A stretch of DNA of 63,972 bases, filler included, from Diploschistes diacapsis (taxonomy: Eukaryota): assembly GCA_023645945.1 (NCBI GenBank). It is 5 parts of 5 records of this genome, joined end to end, with 100 filler letters (N's around TTAATTAATTAA, not from the genome) between each part and the next. Parts side by side here need not be neighbours in the genome. Positions count along the whole stretch, not along the records: positions 13,247 to 26,389 come from JALAIB010000686.1; 4 more parts are not named here. One strand, given 5' to 3'. The position numbers were made by a program, and so were the translations under genes. Positions 13,247 to 25,943 of this stretch are shown here, in pieces. The notes below the pieces were generated by a model. It ran no database searches, had not been told where the DNA came from, and worked only from the letters and a program-made list of their open reading frames with translations. Numbering within the stretch: the stretch's first letter is position 1; the number at the start of each line of letters is the position of its first letter.

Positions 13247-14291
13247 GAGGATGGGGGAGGCGGCGGCGGTGGTCGTCGTCGTGCTCCGGGCCCGTATCGA
13301 GCGTTCGTCGAGCAGCACTACTACGGAGCCGCGCGCGGGCGCGGCACACCCGGGGTGGAGCATGGCCGAACTGACGGCGGAGCTGGCGCGGATCCATCGG
13401 GCCGAGAAGGGAGAGGAGGAAGAGGGCCGAAAATAAGCGGCCCCCCCGTGCGTGTGTGTGTGTGTGTCGACTACTTACTACTGGCTACTGCTACAAAACG
13501 TACAGAGAAAAAAAAAAAAAAAAAGGTTGGGGCGGTGGTAACAAAGATACAACTTCTCCGACCGGGGCATGGGGGGGACGCGCACAGAGAGGTATTTTGA
13601 TAATTAATGACTCTGTATCTGACTGCTTATATTTATATTGGTGCAACTAACTACCTCTGCAAGTTGTTCGCTAGCTTAGAACCTCCCTCCGAGCAGCAGC
13701 GCGTACGCAGGGAAAGGAGGATAAATCAAGTCAATCCAGATGCCAACCCCCTTCGCCACCCTTGGCCTAAAACCTCTCGCCCTAAACACAGCTACATCTT
13801 TCAAAAGCCCCATCTCCTCGTGTCACCCCCCAATATGCCATTCTCAACCCTTCTCTTCCCACGACGGGTAATACCGGTGCTTCTGCCAATGGGATGCTGC
13901 AAATGCCAAAGTGGGCCTTCCAAGACGTTTGGGTTCGCCCGGTTTGCACACACACCGCTTGCACGGGCCGAGGATGCAGGTGGAAGGAAAAGGCACTATG
14001 TACAGAGAGCGTGAAATCAAAGCTGCCATGACTGCCCTAGGCTGTCATACGTCGCGTGCTCCGACCTCCAGACGCCAGGACCCCCGGTCAAGAGAATACG
14101 CCAAAGAATCGCAAGCCGCCTTTTGATGGAATATACAGAATATAGCGGAGGATAAAAAGAGATCCCAATCGAGATGATGACGCGGCAATCTCGAATTAGG
14201 AAATATGATGTTTCGCCCAGGAACAAGAGCCTGCGTTCGTGATTCATCAGTGTCGTAAGCGGCCTCCTTGTCCAGCCCATCGAAGCATTCG

Positions 14292-16363
14292 TTACGAGAA
14301 GCGTCGCGGTCCGGCAATACCAACAGGCTGCTGCTGCTGCTGCATTCCTATCGCGTACGGGTTCGGCGCGCTGCTGTAGTCGACGCCATGCTGGAGGTAC
14401 GAACCGGCTTGAGCTTGCTGCTGAGCAATTGGACAGTCTTTGTGAGCGATTAGGATGGTCTTCAGGTTGAGAATCTCGTCCCGCAGCTGTGCTACTTGGG
14501 AATTCAAAGCGTCGTTTTCGCTGGTGAAAATCTCCACCTTGTTTTGAAGGTTCTGCAGCCACTGCTTCTTGCGCTGTCGACATTTCAACGCGGCAACCCT
14601 GCGAGTTGTTAGTAACTAAATGCGATGAAATTATATTCGTTGGAGCCCGGTCACCTGTTCCGTTCCAGAAAGTTCTTGCGCTTTTCCTCGTCGGTCATCT
14701 TCTTCCCATCGGGACCTTTCATGTCCCGCATTTCGTCATCCGAATCCATACCGTCATCGGACATATCATCAATATGCATGCTATTTGCTTTCGTTTTCTT
14801 CGGCGCCGGTTGTTTGGCCGGGGCTTCTTCGGCTTTGCGCCGGCTGCTTCCCCCCTTGCCGGCCGATGCTCTCTTCGATTTCCTAGTTGCAGGCTTCTCA
14901 CCCCCAGATTGAGCTTCCTCTTGGTCGCGAGCCGATGCAGCTGATATGCTGCCACCGATCGACCCGTTACTACGGGTCGCACGTGCAGCTGCAGTATCTT
15001 GAGGATTCACCACCGCAGGCGCAGCAGGAACGGCAAACTGGCTGTTGGATTGCGATTCGTTGCCGGCTTGGGCGAGCAGGTAAAGTCCATTCGCTGCATC
15101 GTTATCATGTTGGCCAAAGCCCGAGTGTACCGCCGACCGATCCATCGCCGCTGTTTGAGCTTTGTTGCCGAGAGGCTGAGACGTTGTGGGGGGGCTGGTG
15201 AAGGTATTCTCGTGCTTGTTGGCTGTTGCGGCGTTTGCAGCGGCTCTCTGAAATTCAAGCGCTCCCGGTGTTGCCCCACCGCTGGTTAGAGAATTGAGAA
15301 ACGCTTGTGAGCCAGGACTAGGGGCGGGGAACATGGAGCCGCCTCCACCAGGCGTAAGGCCAGTCCTCAGCGAAGATTCGTTAGGAGTCGGGTAACTGCG
15401 AATGTTTTCGACGAAGTAGTCACCGCCAGCGGGTCCACTGAGCATAGCAGGGCTGAGAGGTCCCGACCGCAACGATCCGTCCCAATCGAATCTTCCTCTT
15501 AGACCAGCGTTGCCGGCGAGGGGAGCCGGGGAGGTCAGGGATGCGAGAGGTGGCAGCAGCGACTTCCCCGGAGTATCTGCTGCAGGGTTCCCGAAAGATT
15601 GCTCGAATGGATTTGGTTCGTAGGAGAGGTGGTTCTTGTGTTGCGACGTGAAATAGTCAGGGTTATCAGGGTTATTCTGTTGAGGTCGAGGTGGCGGAGC
15701 AAGTGGCTGCGCGTTTTCGACATCCAATGCGGTGCTCTTGGGTTCTTGTTTAACCGGAGCCCCTTTGGGACGTTCAGCTGTCGCGGACGGGTCTATGTGA
15801 ACGTGTCAGAAAGGTACACAGTTGGGTCAATGCAGATATGTGAAGAGCATCATAGATTCCTGTCGCACAAATCGAAGAATGAATGCAGGGGCTGATAATG
15901 GTTGGGAGGAAAGGAAATTGGATGAAGCACATACCTTGTTTGACCGCCGACGACGGCTCCACCCGAGAACTCTCTTTGAGTGATGAGTCTTTCTTAGATT
16001 TGTCTACACACTAGAAGTCAGCAAAGTTCACGAGGGGACAATGCCTGGGATGAGGTGGTTTTGCGACGCTTGAAATGGGTATGATGTCAGAGGACATGAG
16101 CTGTGATGCAATTCAAGATAAGTTCTGCCATCAGGGGCGGTCGTCGCCCGCGGCTACATGCGAGACGAGACGTCTTCAAAGAACAAAGAAAACGCGCAAC
16201 AACTCCAAGTACGGCGCGAATGATACGGGGCGATAAAGATTTACTGACCTTCGCATTTCACAGTACTGCTTCTCTTGTGATCCATAGGTGAGTGGGTGCG
16301 TGTGCGTGTACGTGAAGTCGAGTGTACATGAGAAGAATTTCTCGAAGCGACGGCTGCTGACAT
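14292..16363 (-). CDS. atfA: bZIP stress transcription factor AtfA/Atf1, 4 exons
   Basis: N-terminus MSAAVAS, OSM motif (EPNPFEQSFG), HRA (SLRSGPLSPAML), HRR (PTPNESSLRTGLTPGGGGSMFPAPSP) and bZIP EEKRKNFLERNRVAALKCRQRKKQWL. Exons ~16249-16363, 15935-16003, ~14655-15792 and 14292-14598. Confidence 0.93.
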
Positions 16364-19300
16364 AGCGCTTGATGACGAAATGACCAAGGCTCGGGGCTAA
16401 GACGACTTATCTCCAAGGAGCAGGTCAACAAAGTCCCAGGTAGAATTCACTAGATCTGCACCAGCAGCAACAGGTAGGGCTTGGTGCCGACCAAAGACAA
16501 TATATTTCGGAGCCTTTTCTGCTGCTATGGAAAGCAAGAAGATTTCTTGAGCAAGCTTGCGAGAAAAGACTGAGGGGGGAGGGGGGGGTACGTAGGTGGC
16601 AGGAATGCGCGGTGAGCGCAATATGCAAGATGTACCACCTTCGGGGGGCTGTCCCTCGCTGGGTCTGGGTGAATAGAAACCAATGCGACCGTGTATTTTC
16701 TGCGTGAAGGCCTATTGTCTTGATCTTCCCCGTGCTAAACGCAATGATATCTCTCTGCAAAACGCTTGTAGGCCCGTTCAAAGATTGTACGAGTACGAGG
16801 ATGAAGAGGTCAACGAACGGGGTGACGATGACGGACGAGAACGATTATACTTTGATGGAGTGTAAGTTCGATGATGTAAGTGTTTGCGTCGAGTCCTGGT
16901 AAGAAGAAAAAAAAGGGAGGGAGAAAAACGTTTCGTGTTAGTACAAGGGAGAATGTTGCCGCTTTTACTTGACTTGCATTAGGGCTGCTAAAGTGTATCT
17001 ACAACAGAGGATAAATTAAAGAGATAGAGATAGAGCAGCAACAGCGCTAGGCAGCAACCAATCAAAGCAATGGATATGGCGCGTTGAATCGTATCTCCAA
17101 CAATCAACCACGCACATGCTGATCTTTCACTTTAGTGGAATTACCCCTCCGCTTGAATCGTCGCCTATCTCCTCCCGTCCTCCTTCGAAGAAAAGCCAGA
17201 GAACTCGCAGTAACTCTCTCACCTTCCTATTTTGCGACGTCCCGATTCCTGCAAGAGAAACTCGGAATATTATTCACGAAGGGATATCTTGAACAATCCC
17301 CTGGAACGTGTGGCAGTAAGTAAAAAGAGAGAGCCCAAGGCGGCAACAGATTTGACTGGCTTTGGAAAAAGAGGAAGACAGGCGTAGCGTAGTAGAAATC
17401 AACACTAAATTCATGCGCCGGCTCCTCCCCTCTCTGTCGTTTGGCCTGGCAGCAGCTGGATATCCTTTGTTGCTTATATCGAAAAAAAAGAACTGGTGGG
17501 AAGATGCAAAATGTGAGGGGATTTGAGCGAAGCTTCGAGTATTTGTATCGCGCTCTAGATGCCGTCATCAATCAGCCTGCCCAATGCTAACTTCCAAGGA
17601 ACTACGAAAAGTGGGACGCCGCACAATAACCGCCAGTATACGTAGGCGGCTGAACGTTTGTACGTAGCCGCTGCTGCTCTGCGCTCCATCTTATCCGTCT
17701 TGGAATCACCGCGGCATCGGGTAGATAGATACTCGGGTAATCGGGGAGCTGGTTATCGCCGTACAAACGGCTCCTGCAGCATCACTTTCGAACCTCCCAC
17801 TTTCCACGAGCATTAATGACGTGTATGCGATATAGCCAGAGAGGTGTAATCTCAAGGACAAAGTGTCGTTCAAGCTATCCAAAAATGCCAAGTCGCTTTG
17901 AACTGGCCGTTAGCGACGAGGTAAGACAGACATTCAAGACGTGGTGTGGAAGAGCAATACAGATTACAGCATTTGCGCTGTTGATTACGACCAAGCCTTA
18001 CCTGGCCAAGTCTCTTCACCAGTACGCAATCCGATCTTGAATGGTCCTAGTCGGGATACGGATGTTCAAAGACCTTGCTGAGACTCGATGAAACATGAAG
18101 GCCTTTCCGAAGGCTCGATGTGCCCTTCGATAGGCATCAGCACTCTTTTTTGGGCGCTCGTTGGCCTCTTGAATAAGCCGAACCTCGAAGCGACGACGGC
18201 GCTGCTGGAAGCCTCTGTATTCAGGTAGATCCTGTTAGGAAAAAGGCTTGGGATGACGGTACTGACATATCTGAACGTGCCGTACCCAGATATTTGTTTG
18301 ATCAGGTGTTTGGCACTGCCAGTCCCATTAATGGAGAGGAAGAAGGGTGAAGAAATCTTGATAGCAAAACTCGATGTCGTTTCTCTCACTTCTTCTGGGC
18401 ATGCCCTGTGATTGCTTTGTGAAAAACACCTTCTATCCTGCTAGGTGTTGGGCAATAGGCAACATTTGTTACTGGTTTCGCCAATAGCAGGACGTCGAAG
18501 ATCGAAGGGCGGCCTATCAACTCGAATACACCGAAAGTCTAGGGGAATCTATGGGAAGCAGCTGAAGTTCCTCAGGTACAAGCAAAGTGTAACCGATGCT
18601 CACCTATGCTTCTGGCTATCAACGCACCTTTGCAAGGCCTAGGCGTAGCGGGACAGCCCAAACTCCCCCCAGCAGAATCTTGCAGGTAAGATACATCTCT
18701 GTTTGCAACAACCAACTTCGCGGGTTTTACTCCAGAGTTTAAGGTGACAGGCTTCCCGTAGGCCGCTACTCATATCGTCAAAGTCCTCAAAGTTGGTTGT
18801 GGTATGCTGTATGGATAGCTAGTCCCGCAAATAGGGGTTGCGCAAGCCCACTCGATCAGGCTGGAACAAAATTAATGCTTTCCACTTCGGACCTCAGGCT
18901 TCGGAGTTCTAGGAGATACGGCGAGCTTTCTAAGGCGACTTGGCTGCAGGAAGAAGACAGTACTCCCACCTCTGCAGCAGCAAAATGGTTGTGTTGTTGG
19001 CCCTGCATTTATCGATGATGCAAAGATTTCCAGACCTCGGTGTCTGAAAGCCGCTACGCGAGAATCGAAAGATGAAAGGTGAGGTCCAGGAGATACCGTC
19101 AAGCAGTTGGAACATGTATATTGACTTGATACTGCATTTGGGAAGGAAGTCATCTTCCCGTGCTCTAGAACTGTCTCGTTGGATGAACACTGCTGTATAA
19201 TCGAAGTAGTTGGTCGAGACCGTGTTCGGGGGCTGTGTGTATGGAACATGTCAAAATCAATATATGGTCACAGCAAGGCACGTAGAAATCGCCCAAAACG

Positions 19301-19855
19301 ACACATACTGTCTTGATCAGGTTCTCGGGTTCTGAGCGACGGTAAATTCAATACAAACTTTAATGTGGTGGCTGCGCTGCCTTGTCTCTTTCTGGGAGAA
19401 GAAGCCAATACAGTTGATCACGCCGTCTGGTCAATAATAGCATGCAACGCCACAAATATTTAAGATCATGCCACGTTCTTGAATAACTTTTGGGTACGCG
19501 ATCTTGTATACGAAGCTGCTCCATAGGACTGATAAGGGCTACTCTGAGTTTTCTGGTGCAGCATCTGCATACAAGCAGATGTAACAGGGATTATAACAAG
19601 ATACAGGTCGTTGATTAGGCCCACCACCTCTTTCTAGATTCTAGACGTTGAATAAAGTGGTGACAAAAGCAGAACAAGCCCTAGATAATACTACTCCCGT
19701 GTCCTCAGCCCAAACCGGAATTTTTTGAACACAACACAGGCAGACACTCCCCTTTTAGGATGCCCAAAACGAAGACTAGAACAGGCATGTCGGTGGAATA
19801 GTAAAACTTTGGCGGAATTGGCTCCGTCGCCATGGAACAGCTGAGGTAAGTAGTA

Positions 19856-20311
19856 CAGTACTAGGGCAAAAGTAGTTAGGTCCCCCCCATTTCTCACCAA
19901 AAACGTCCCTTTTTTAGCCTTTATATCTCTGCGAAAAGGTTTTTAAAATCATCAAAAAAACCTCAGAGCCTTTTAAAAAGCTTTAAATATTCATTCGCTT
20001 TTTTTTTTTTAATTTTTTAAATTTTCCTGGGGCCCGTAGGATGCGACGAAAAAAGCGAGGGTACAGTTACCGCACCGTAACCGCGTTTTTTGGCGGGGAC
20101 CATTTTTCTTAAATGTTTAACCCCATATTAGGCACTCAATAAATTTTTAGAAAAATTTCGTAAAAATCTCTTGTACATATAACGCTCTTAAAGTCCTTTA
20201 TAAAGCTTAAAATTTTCGATTTGGCACATTGTTGGGTAAGATATTTGGGTATTGATTAGATCGGTTTTGGTGAGGATTGAGAGGGACCTAACTACTTTTG
20301 CGACCCCACTG
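19856..20311. mobile_element. Tc1/mariner-type MITE (456 bp) with ~45-bp TIRs and TA target duplication
   Basis: Left TA|CAGTACTAGGGCAAAAGTAGTTAGGTCCCCCCCATTTCTCACCAAAA; right end reverse complement TA|CAGTGGGGTCGCAAAAGTAGTTAGGTCCCTCTCAATCCTCACCAAAA. AT-rich non-coding interior. Confidence 0.85.
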
Positions 20312-20776
20312 TATCTTCCCAGAGATCTGTTCTTCGACAAGGGTTTACGAATTAAACCTAGCTTACCAGGCTTAGTCTGCAGTTTGCCCGATTGTGCGAC
20401 GCCAAAAAGGAGGTCTGTGTATCACAGCACGAGGCGGGGCCCGACAAGCGGGTTCAGCTGAGAGAACTATTGATTTATCTCCAGACCACAGTCCAATATT
20501 GCCCGCTTATCGCTATCCATCGAGCTATTTATCGCGGTTCTTGTTCTCTCAAATTGATGGGGGGTATCTATCATGGGAATATCGTGATCTTTCCCCCCCC
20601 AGGCATGGTGATGGTTTGTTGTAGGCCAGCGGCAGGGCGAGTTAGGGGTGTACGGGGTGTGCGGGGTGTGGGCAGAGAAAAGGAAATAATCATAAAACTA
20701 CTCTGCAGCTATACCCTTTTCGAATAAAAAGATAACGAGATGGCGCCAAGAACTCGTATTGATGACATCGATGACG

Positions 20777-20824
20777 CTACTACGGCACGACTTGCATATC
20801 CTACTACGGCACGCCTTGCATATC
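20777..20824. repeat. 24-bp tandem duplication
   Basis: CTACTACGGCACG(A/C)CTTGCATATC x2 with 1 mismatch. Confidence 0.9.
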
Positions 20825-20905
20825 CCAACGCAGTGAGCTGGTGGGGCAGTCAACTGCTGCTCGATCGGGTTTTTACTTTTACTGCTTATCTATTCCATTT
20901 GATAT

Positions 20906-20910
20906 CAGAG

Positions 20911-20953
<43 letters not shown>

Positions 20954-20959
20954 CAGAGT
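20906..20959. repeat. (CAGAGC)8 microsatellite plus one variant unit
   Basis: Directly visible hexamer repeat. Confidence 0.95.
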
Positions 20960-21882
20960 CACAGTAATTGCCCCGAGGCCCAACTGTCCCCGTTTTCTGC
21001 CTCGGCGCCACTGACCGTTTCAGGTACCCGCTCCTATGAGAAAGAAACCGTCGCACTTCTGCCCTGCTGGCTGAAGTACAAGTCTACAGTACGCGTTCTA
21101 GGCCCTCCCGAGCATCAATTACTCCGTTACAAACTTTATTGCAATAGGTTGATGCTTCCTTCATGATGCAATCACTTGCGCTCAGAGCGCCTCTTTTGCG
21201 CCTCTAATTTGTGCAAATCGCCGGGTCCAAGTTCGTGTCGCTTGTGGGTTTCGCCCTGAGCAAATATAGAAACAAGTATTCCAAGTTGAGCGAAAGTCTG
21301 AGTCTTCGTGGCGGGATCCTACCTAAACAAGCGAAACACGCTGCCACTTATCAAACCGTTTCTAGCCAATCCCTTGAGCCCCAGTCGTGTTGATATCGCA
21401 ACCCCCCCAAATGCCTAGTAGCTGTGGCATTCCCAATTTTGTCTGCCCACTCACTCACTCTTTTTTGGGCCGTATCAACGGGGAAATCCCCTACTACCCA
21501 AGTGGCAGCCGCAGCCAGGGCCACCGCTTGTACGCTCTGCCAGACTGCCCGCCACGTGCGGGACCCTGGGACCAGACAGACTGGCTTCCCTTTTATGTCT
21601 CCGACTCCTACTCTTGTTTCCCCACTCTCTCCATTCTCCAGTCCTGCGTTGCTGAATTCTCTCTCCTCCCCTCTCCTCTCTCGTTACTGTGCTGTTTGTG
21701 CCTTTGAAGGCAGTCTTGTAACTGTCGGCATTCGCTTGCTGGGCAGACTTCAACGACCAATATCAACCACTACCTGTTCAGGGTCCACACTCCTGCACGC
21801 CTCTCGCTGCTACCTGTCGGTCGTTTTCCCCTGTGCTCTCTCACTCGTCCTTTTACTCTCGCTCTCTATCTTCGTCGGCAAG

Positions 21883-24645
21883 ATGAATTCGCTCAAAAAC
21901 TATCTGAAGCCTGGAAAGGCGAAGCAAGCGGCGGCGGCTCCACCACAGGAGATGACTCTTGTACAGCAAGGTGTTTCACGCAGTTCCATTGCCCCTTCTA
22001 CGCTCGGTACCCCACGGACGTCGAGACCAGCGTCACTGTATCCGGCCGGAGACTTCCGTAATTCGGCCCTGGAAGAAATCATCGACATCAAATGCGATGT
22101 CATGGTCAATTGGCTGCACCAGCAGCAGCTGGAGTCCATGTGGTCCTCGGGTGGCCCGGGAGAGGGTGTTGTTCTGAAGAAGACACGGGACAACTTCACT
22201 TGCTGTCCGAGCGAGCTTGCAGAATGCAGGGGTGACTTCTTTGACGCCATCCGTGCTTTGAACGTTCGGGTTAGTGGGCGGAAAATCTTAGTACCTGGGC
22301 TGTGTTAACTTGGTCGCAGGTTTCGATGACTATCAACACCAGGGTTATCAAGCTGTTCTTGGCCAGGACCGACATGGCTTACGTTCCTCTCAAGGATGGC
22401 CTACGCCTACAGATCTTGCCGAACGTTACGTACCTACCTTCATGCCAGAAGCACCACTTTGCAGCCTTCATCGCCGATACACGCCTGCTGATAGTCTGGG
22501 ACGATGAACCAAAGCACCTTCTGAAGCGTGTGAAGAGCATCGAAAACCAGCTCATGGAAATGATATGGGAGTCTGACGAGCCGGCGTCAGTCATGGACGA
22601 GAAGGGATCGGGTATCGCAACGGACGTTCAACCCCTTGATTCGTCGAGCGATCTCGAAGAAAACTTGCAGCAAACTCCACGGAAATTGATGCTCGTCCAG
22701 ACAGTCCTGACCGCGATGACCCTCACGGTCTTGATTGCCGCCAGCTTCGCTGGGTGGAGAAACGTCGCTCAGGAGATCGCTATCGATGGTTCCTATCTTC
22801 GTGTTGCTTTTGCCATTGTGACGCCGCTGCAAGCGTGGCTTTGCCTGGTAAGGAAATCTGATATGAAACGATTTCTCGTGCGCTGCTAACCGCTGGCGAA
22901 AACAGTTCTTTTTCCAGTCCGTCGTTGGATCCTTGGCGCAGATGATGGGGCCCATCAGTCAAATGAAACACAATTCGAAGTTCTACTCTGGCCTGCGCTC
23001 GCCAAGGCTGCGGAACGCGCCCCTGCCGCACGTTACGATCCAGTGCCCTGTCTACAAGGAGGGTCTTCGCGCCGTCATCGAGCCGACAATCAAGTCGGTC
23101 AAGGCCGCCATCTCGACGTACGAAATGCAAGGCGGTACCGCCAACATCTTCGTCAACGACGACGGCATGCAACTGGTCCCGGAGGACGAACGTCAAGCGC
23201 GGAAGGATTTCTACGACGAACACAACATCGGCTGGGTCGCACGACCAAAGCACAATCCCAAACCCGAGGACGGGTCGGTTCCGTTCATCCGCCCCGGAAA
23301 GTTCAAGAAGGCTTCCAACATGAACTATGCCATGGCCGTGAGCGCCAGGGTCGAGGACAAGCTGTGCGACATCCACCGACCAGGTGCTTGGACCCAGGAA
23401 GACGAGAGTGATGCCTACGTGAGCTGTTTGCAGCAGGTCATCGAAGAGGATGAAGGTCGAACCTGGGCCGATGGCAACGTTCGAATTGGTGACTACATCC
23501 TCATCATCGACTCCGACACCCGGGTTCCCGAAGACTGCTTCTTGGACGCCGTGAGCGAAATGGAACAGACCCCTCAAGTCGCCATAATTCAGTTCCAGTC
23601 CGGCGTGATGAATGTTACGGATACATTCTTCGAGCGCGGCATCACTTTCTTCACCAACCTCATCTACACAGCTATTTCTTTCGCCGTTGCGAACGGCGAC
23701 GTTGCTCCTTTCGTCGGCCATAACGCTATCCTTCGCTGGTCCGCCATTCAGGATATAGCTTATGGGGGTGAGGATGGCTCACCGGAGAAATATTGGTCCG
23801 AAGTTACCGTCTCCGAAGACTTTGACATGGCTCTGCGCCTCCAAGCCGCCGGATACGTTCTTCGCTACGCCGCTTACACTGGAGATGGTTTCAAGGAGGG
23901 CGTATCTCTTACCGTTTACGATGAACTAGCTCGTTGGGAGAAGTACGCGTACGGCTGTTCCGAGCTTGTCTTTCATCCCTTTCGCTACTGGCCCACACGC
24001 GGTCCCTTCACCAAGCTTTTCCGCAATTTCATCGCCTCTCCGATGCCACTGGCCTCGAAGATCACCATCATGGCCTACATCGGCACGTATTATGCTATCG
24101 CGTCTGCCTGGATGCTGACCCTCCTCAACTACTTCGTCCTCGGATGGCTCAACGGTTACTACGACCACTACTACATCGATAGTTTCCAGATCTTCCTGTC
24201 GATCATCGTCGTCTTCAATTGTCTTGGAAACGTCTCGCTCGCCGTCATTCGCTACCGTCTCGGCACCCACAATCTTTTCTGGGCCTTGATCGAGAACTTC
24301 AAATGGATTCTCATGCTCACCATCTTCCTGGGCGGCTGCTCCCTTCACGTCTCCCAGGCCATTCTCTCGCACTTGTTTTCCATCGACATGAGCTGGGGTG
24401 CCACATCCAAGGAGGTTGAGAACACGACCTTCTTCAAAGAAATTCCCAAGCTCCTGCAGAAGTTCAAGGGGACCTTCGTTTTCTGTCTCGTCGAAATCGC
24501 CATCCTCGTCGCTGGCGCCTACCTCGTTCCGCCTCTCTGGCGAATCGACATGCTGGTCGCCATCTGGCCGGTTGCCATCAACTGTGCCTGCCACTTCTTC
24601 CTGCCCGTCGCGTTGAATCCGAGCTTGATGCTCTTCACGTGGTGA
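21883..24645 (+). CDS. Membrane-bound processive family 2 glycosyltransferase of unknown product, 3 exons
   Basis: TIQCPVYKE, VNDDG, KKASNMN, IIDSDTR (DxD), APFVGHNA, VSEDFDMA, ELARWEKYAYG and several C-terminal TM helices. Introns ~22270-22319 and ~22848-22905. Confidence 0.92.
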
Positions 24646-25182
24646 ATGCTTTTCTCTCGTTACATAATCTTTTAATTTGATGACACGGGCATTTAACGAA
24701 GGGGCTTGGGATAGAAAGATACATGAAATATTGTATGGCGTTCAGGCATTGCATGTGGTTTCCTGAGGCTCGGAATCGATCATTGTACACATGCGATGTC
24801 GATAGTCCCTCCTAGAAAGACCGAAGTTTGGATAGAAGGGCGCATCTTTCTTTTTTCTTTTTTTTCTTTCTTTTTTTTTGCAAAGTAGCAAGTAGCATGA
24901 CAGTATCCGTGCACGCCAAGGTTGTCTCAATAATAATAATAACAATAGAAAATATTCACAAATATACCCCCCTGATTCGATAAGACTTGAATTTCCGTGG
25001 CATGTTTCCTTACCTTTCTTACTGAACTAGCTGCCTGGGAGTGGCGTCATCCATGAACTTTCCAAAGTGCATTAACTTTACTTCAAGCTTCGCGACAGTA
25101 ATCCTCCTTCCCCAAAAAAGCTTCACCGGACCCTTCTTAACCCCCCCACAACCCTCTACCATCTCTGTCCATCTTTCAACCA

Positions 25183-25943
25183 ATGTCCTGCCTCCCTACC
25201 TCCTTCCTCCTCCGCACCACCACCACCAATACCGCGTCCTCCTTCCTTCACCGCCGCGTCTTCCACTGCTTGCCATCGCACCAGCGCCTTCATTCCTCCC
25301 GCCCTAACTTTCTCCAAGCGCCCAGGCCCTCTTGCGTACCGGTGCCGCTCTACAGCCCAATCGGTATTAGCAAAAGCCAGACTGGAAGCAGGGCGAGCAC
25401 GGCGAGCAGAGTAAGCGGAACAAGCAGCGCGACGAGGGGATACGGCAGCCCGATGGCCGCCGAAACGGACGCCCAGGCCGCGGCGGTCGCGAACCAGACG
25501 GGCATCACGCCCGAGACCCTGCGGGCGACGCTGGAGAGTCGGTTGCAGGCGGAGAGGGTGTTTGTCGAGGATATCTCTGGTATGAGGCCCCACCGTTCTC
25601 TATCCTAGCGATTCCCCCCCACCCCTTTCACTATTTCCACCTTATTTTAGCACAAGCACGCCTCTTTTTCCCCGAAATTTCCCCCTCCCTGCTCTGTGCC
25701 ATTCGGACCCTTTCCTCCTACTTCTCCGCAAGTCCTCGGCTAATCTCTCTCGTTTCGTTCGGCGCCGAGAAAGGTGGCTGCGGCCAATCCTTCGAAGCGG
25801 TCATCGTGTCGCCGCTGTTCGAAAAGAAGACGACGCTCGCGCGACACAGGCTGGTGAACGGGGCGCTGAAGGAGGAGATTGCTGCTATCCATGCTTGGAC
25901 GCCGAAGTGTTTTACGCCGGAGGAGTGGGAGAAGAGGGGTTGA
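25183..25943 (+). CDS. BolA-family Fe-S/iron-regulation protein with optional N-terminal presequence (ATG 25183 or 25453)
   Basis: [50 protein letters not shown] across intron 25580-25773. Stop TGA 25941-25943. Confidence 0.92.

Noticed and set aside
13247..13436. Possible gene 3' end at the start of contig 2
   Set aside because: Too short and truncated to support a product call.
19700..20430. Apparent extension of inverted similarity outside the MITE (two ORFs sharing DLTTFA...PKR)
   Set aside because: The shared peptide comes from the TIRs; flank similarity is only scattered short words and is not convincing by eye.
21424..21882. 153-codon in-frame N-terminal extension of GT2 with a hydrophobic stretch
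   Set aside because: Begins at GTG and reads like a CT-rich 5' leader, which is naturally stop-poor and Leu/Ser-coding. ATG 21883 has better context. Not fully excluded without TSS data.
22780..24594. Antisense ORFs of 313 and 222 aa opposite GT2
   Set aside because: Typical mirror ORFs from biased codon usage; no motifs.
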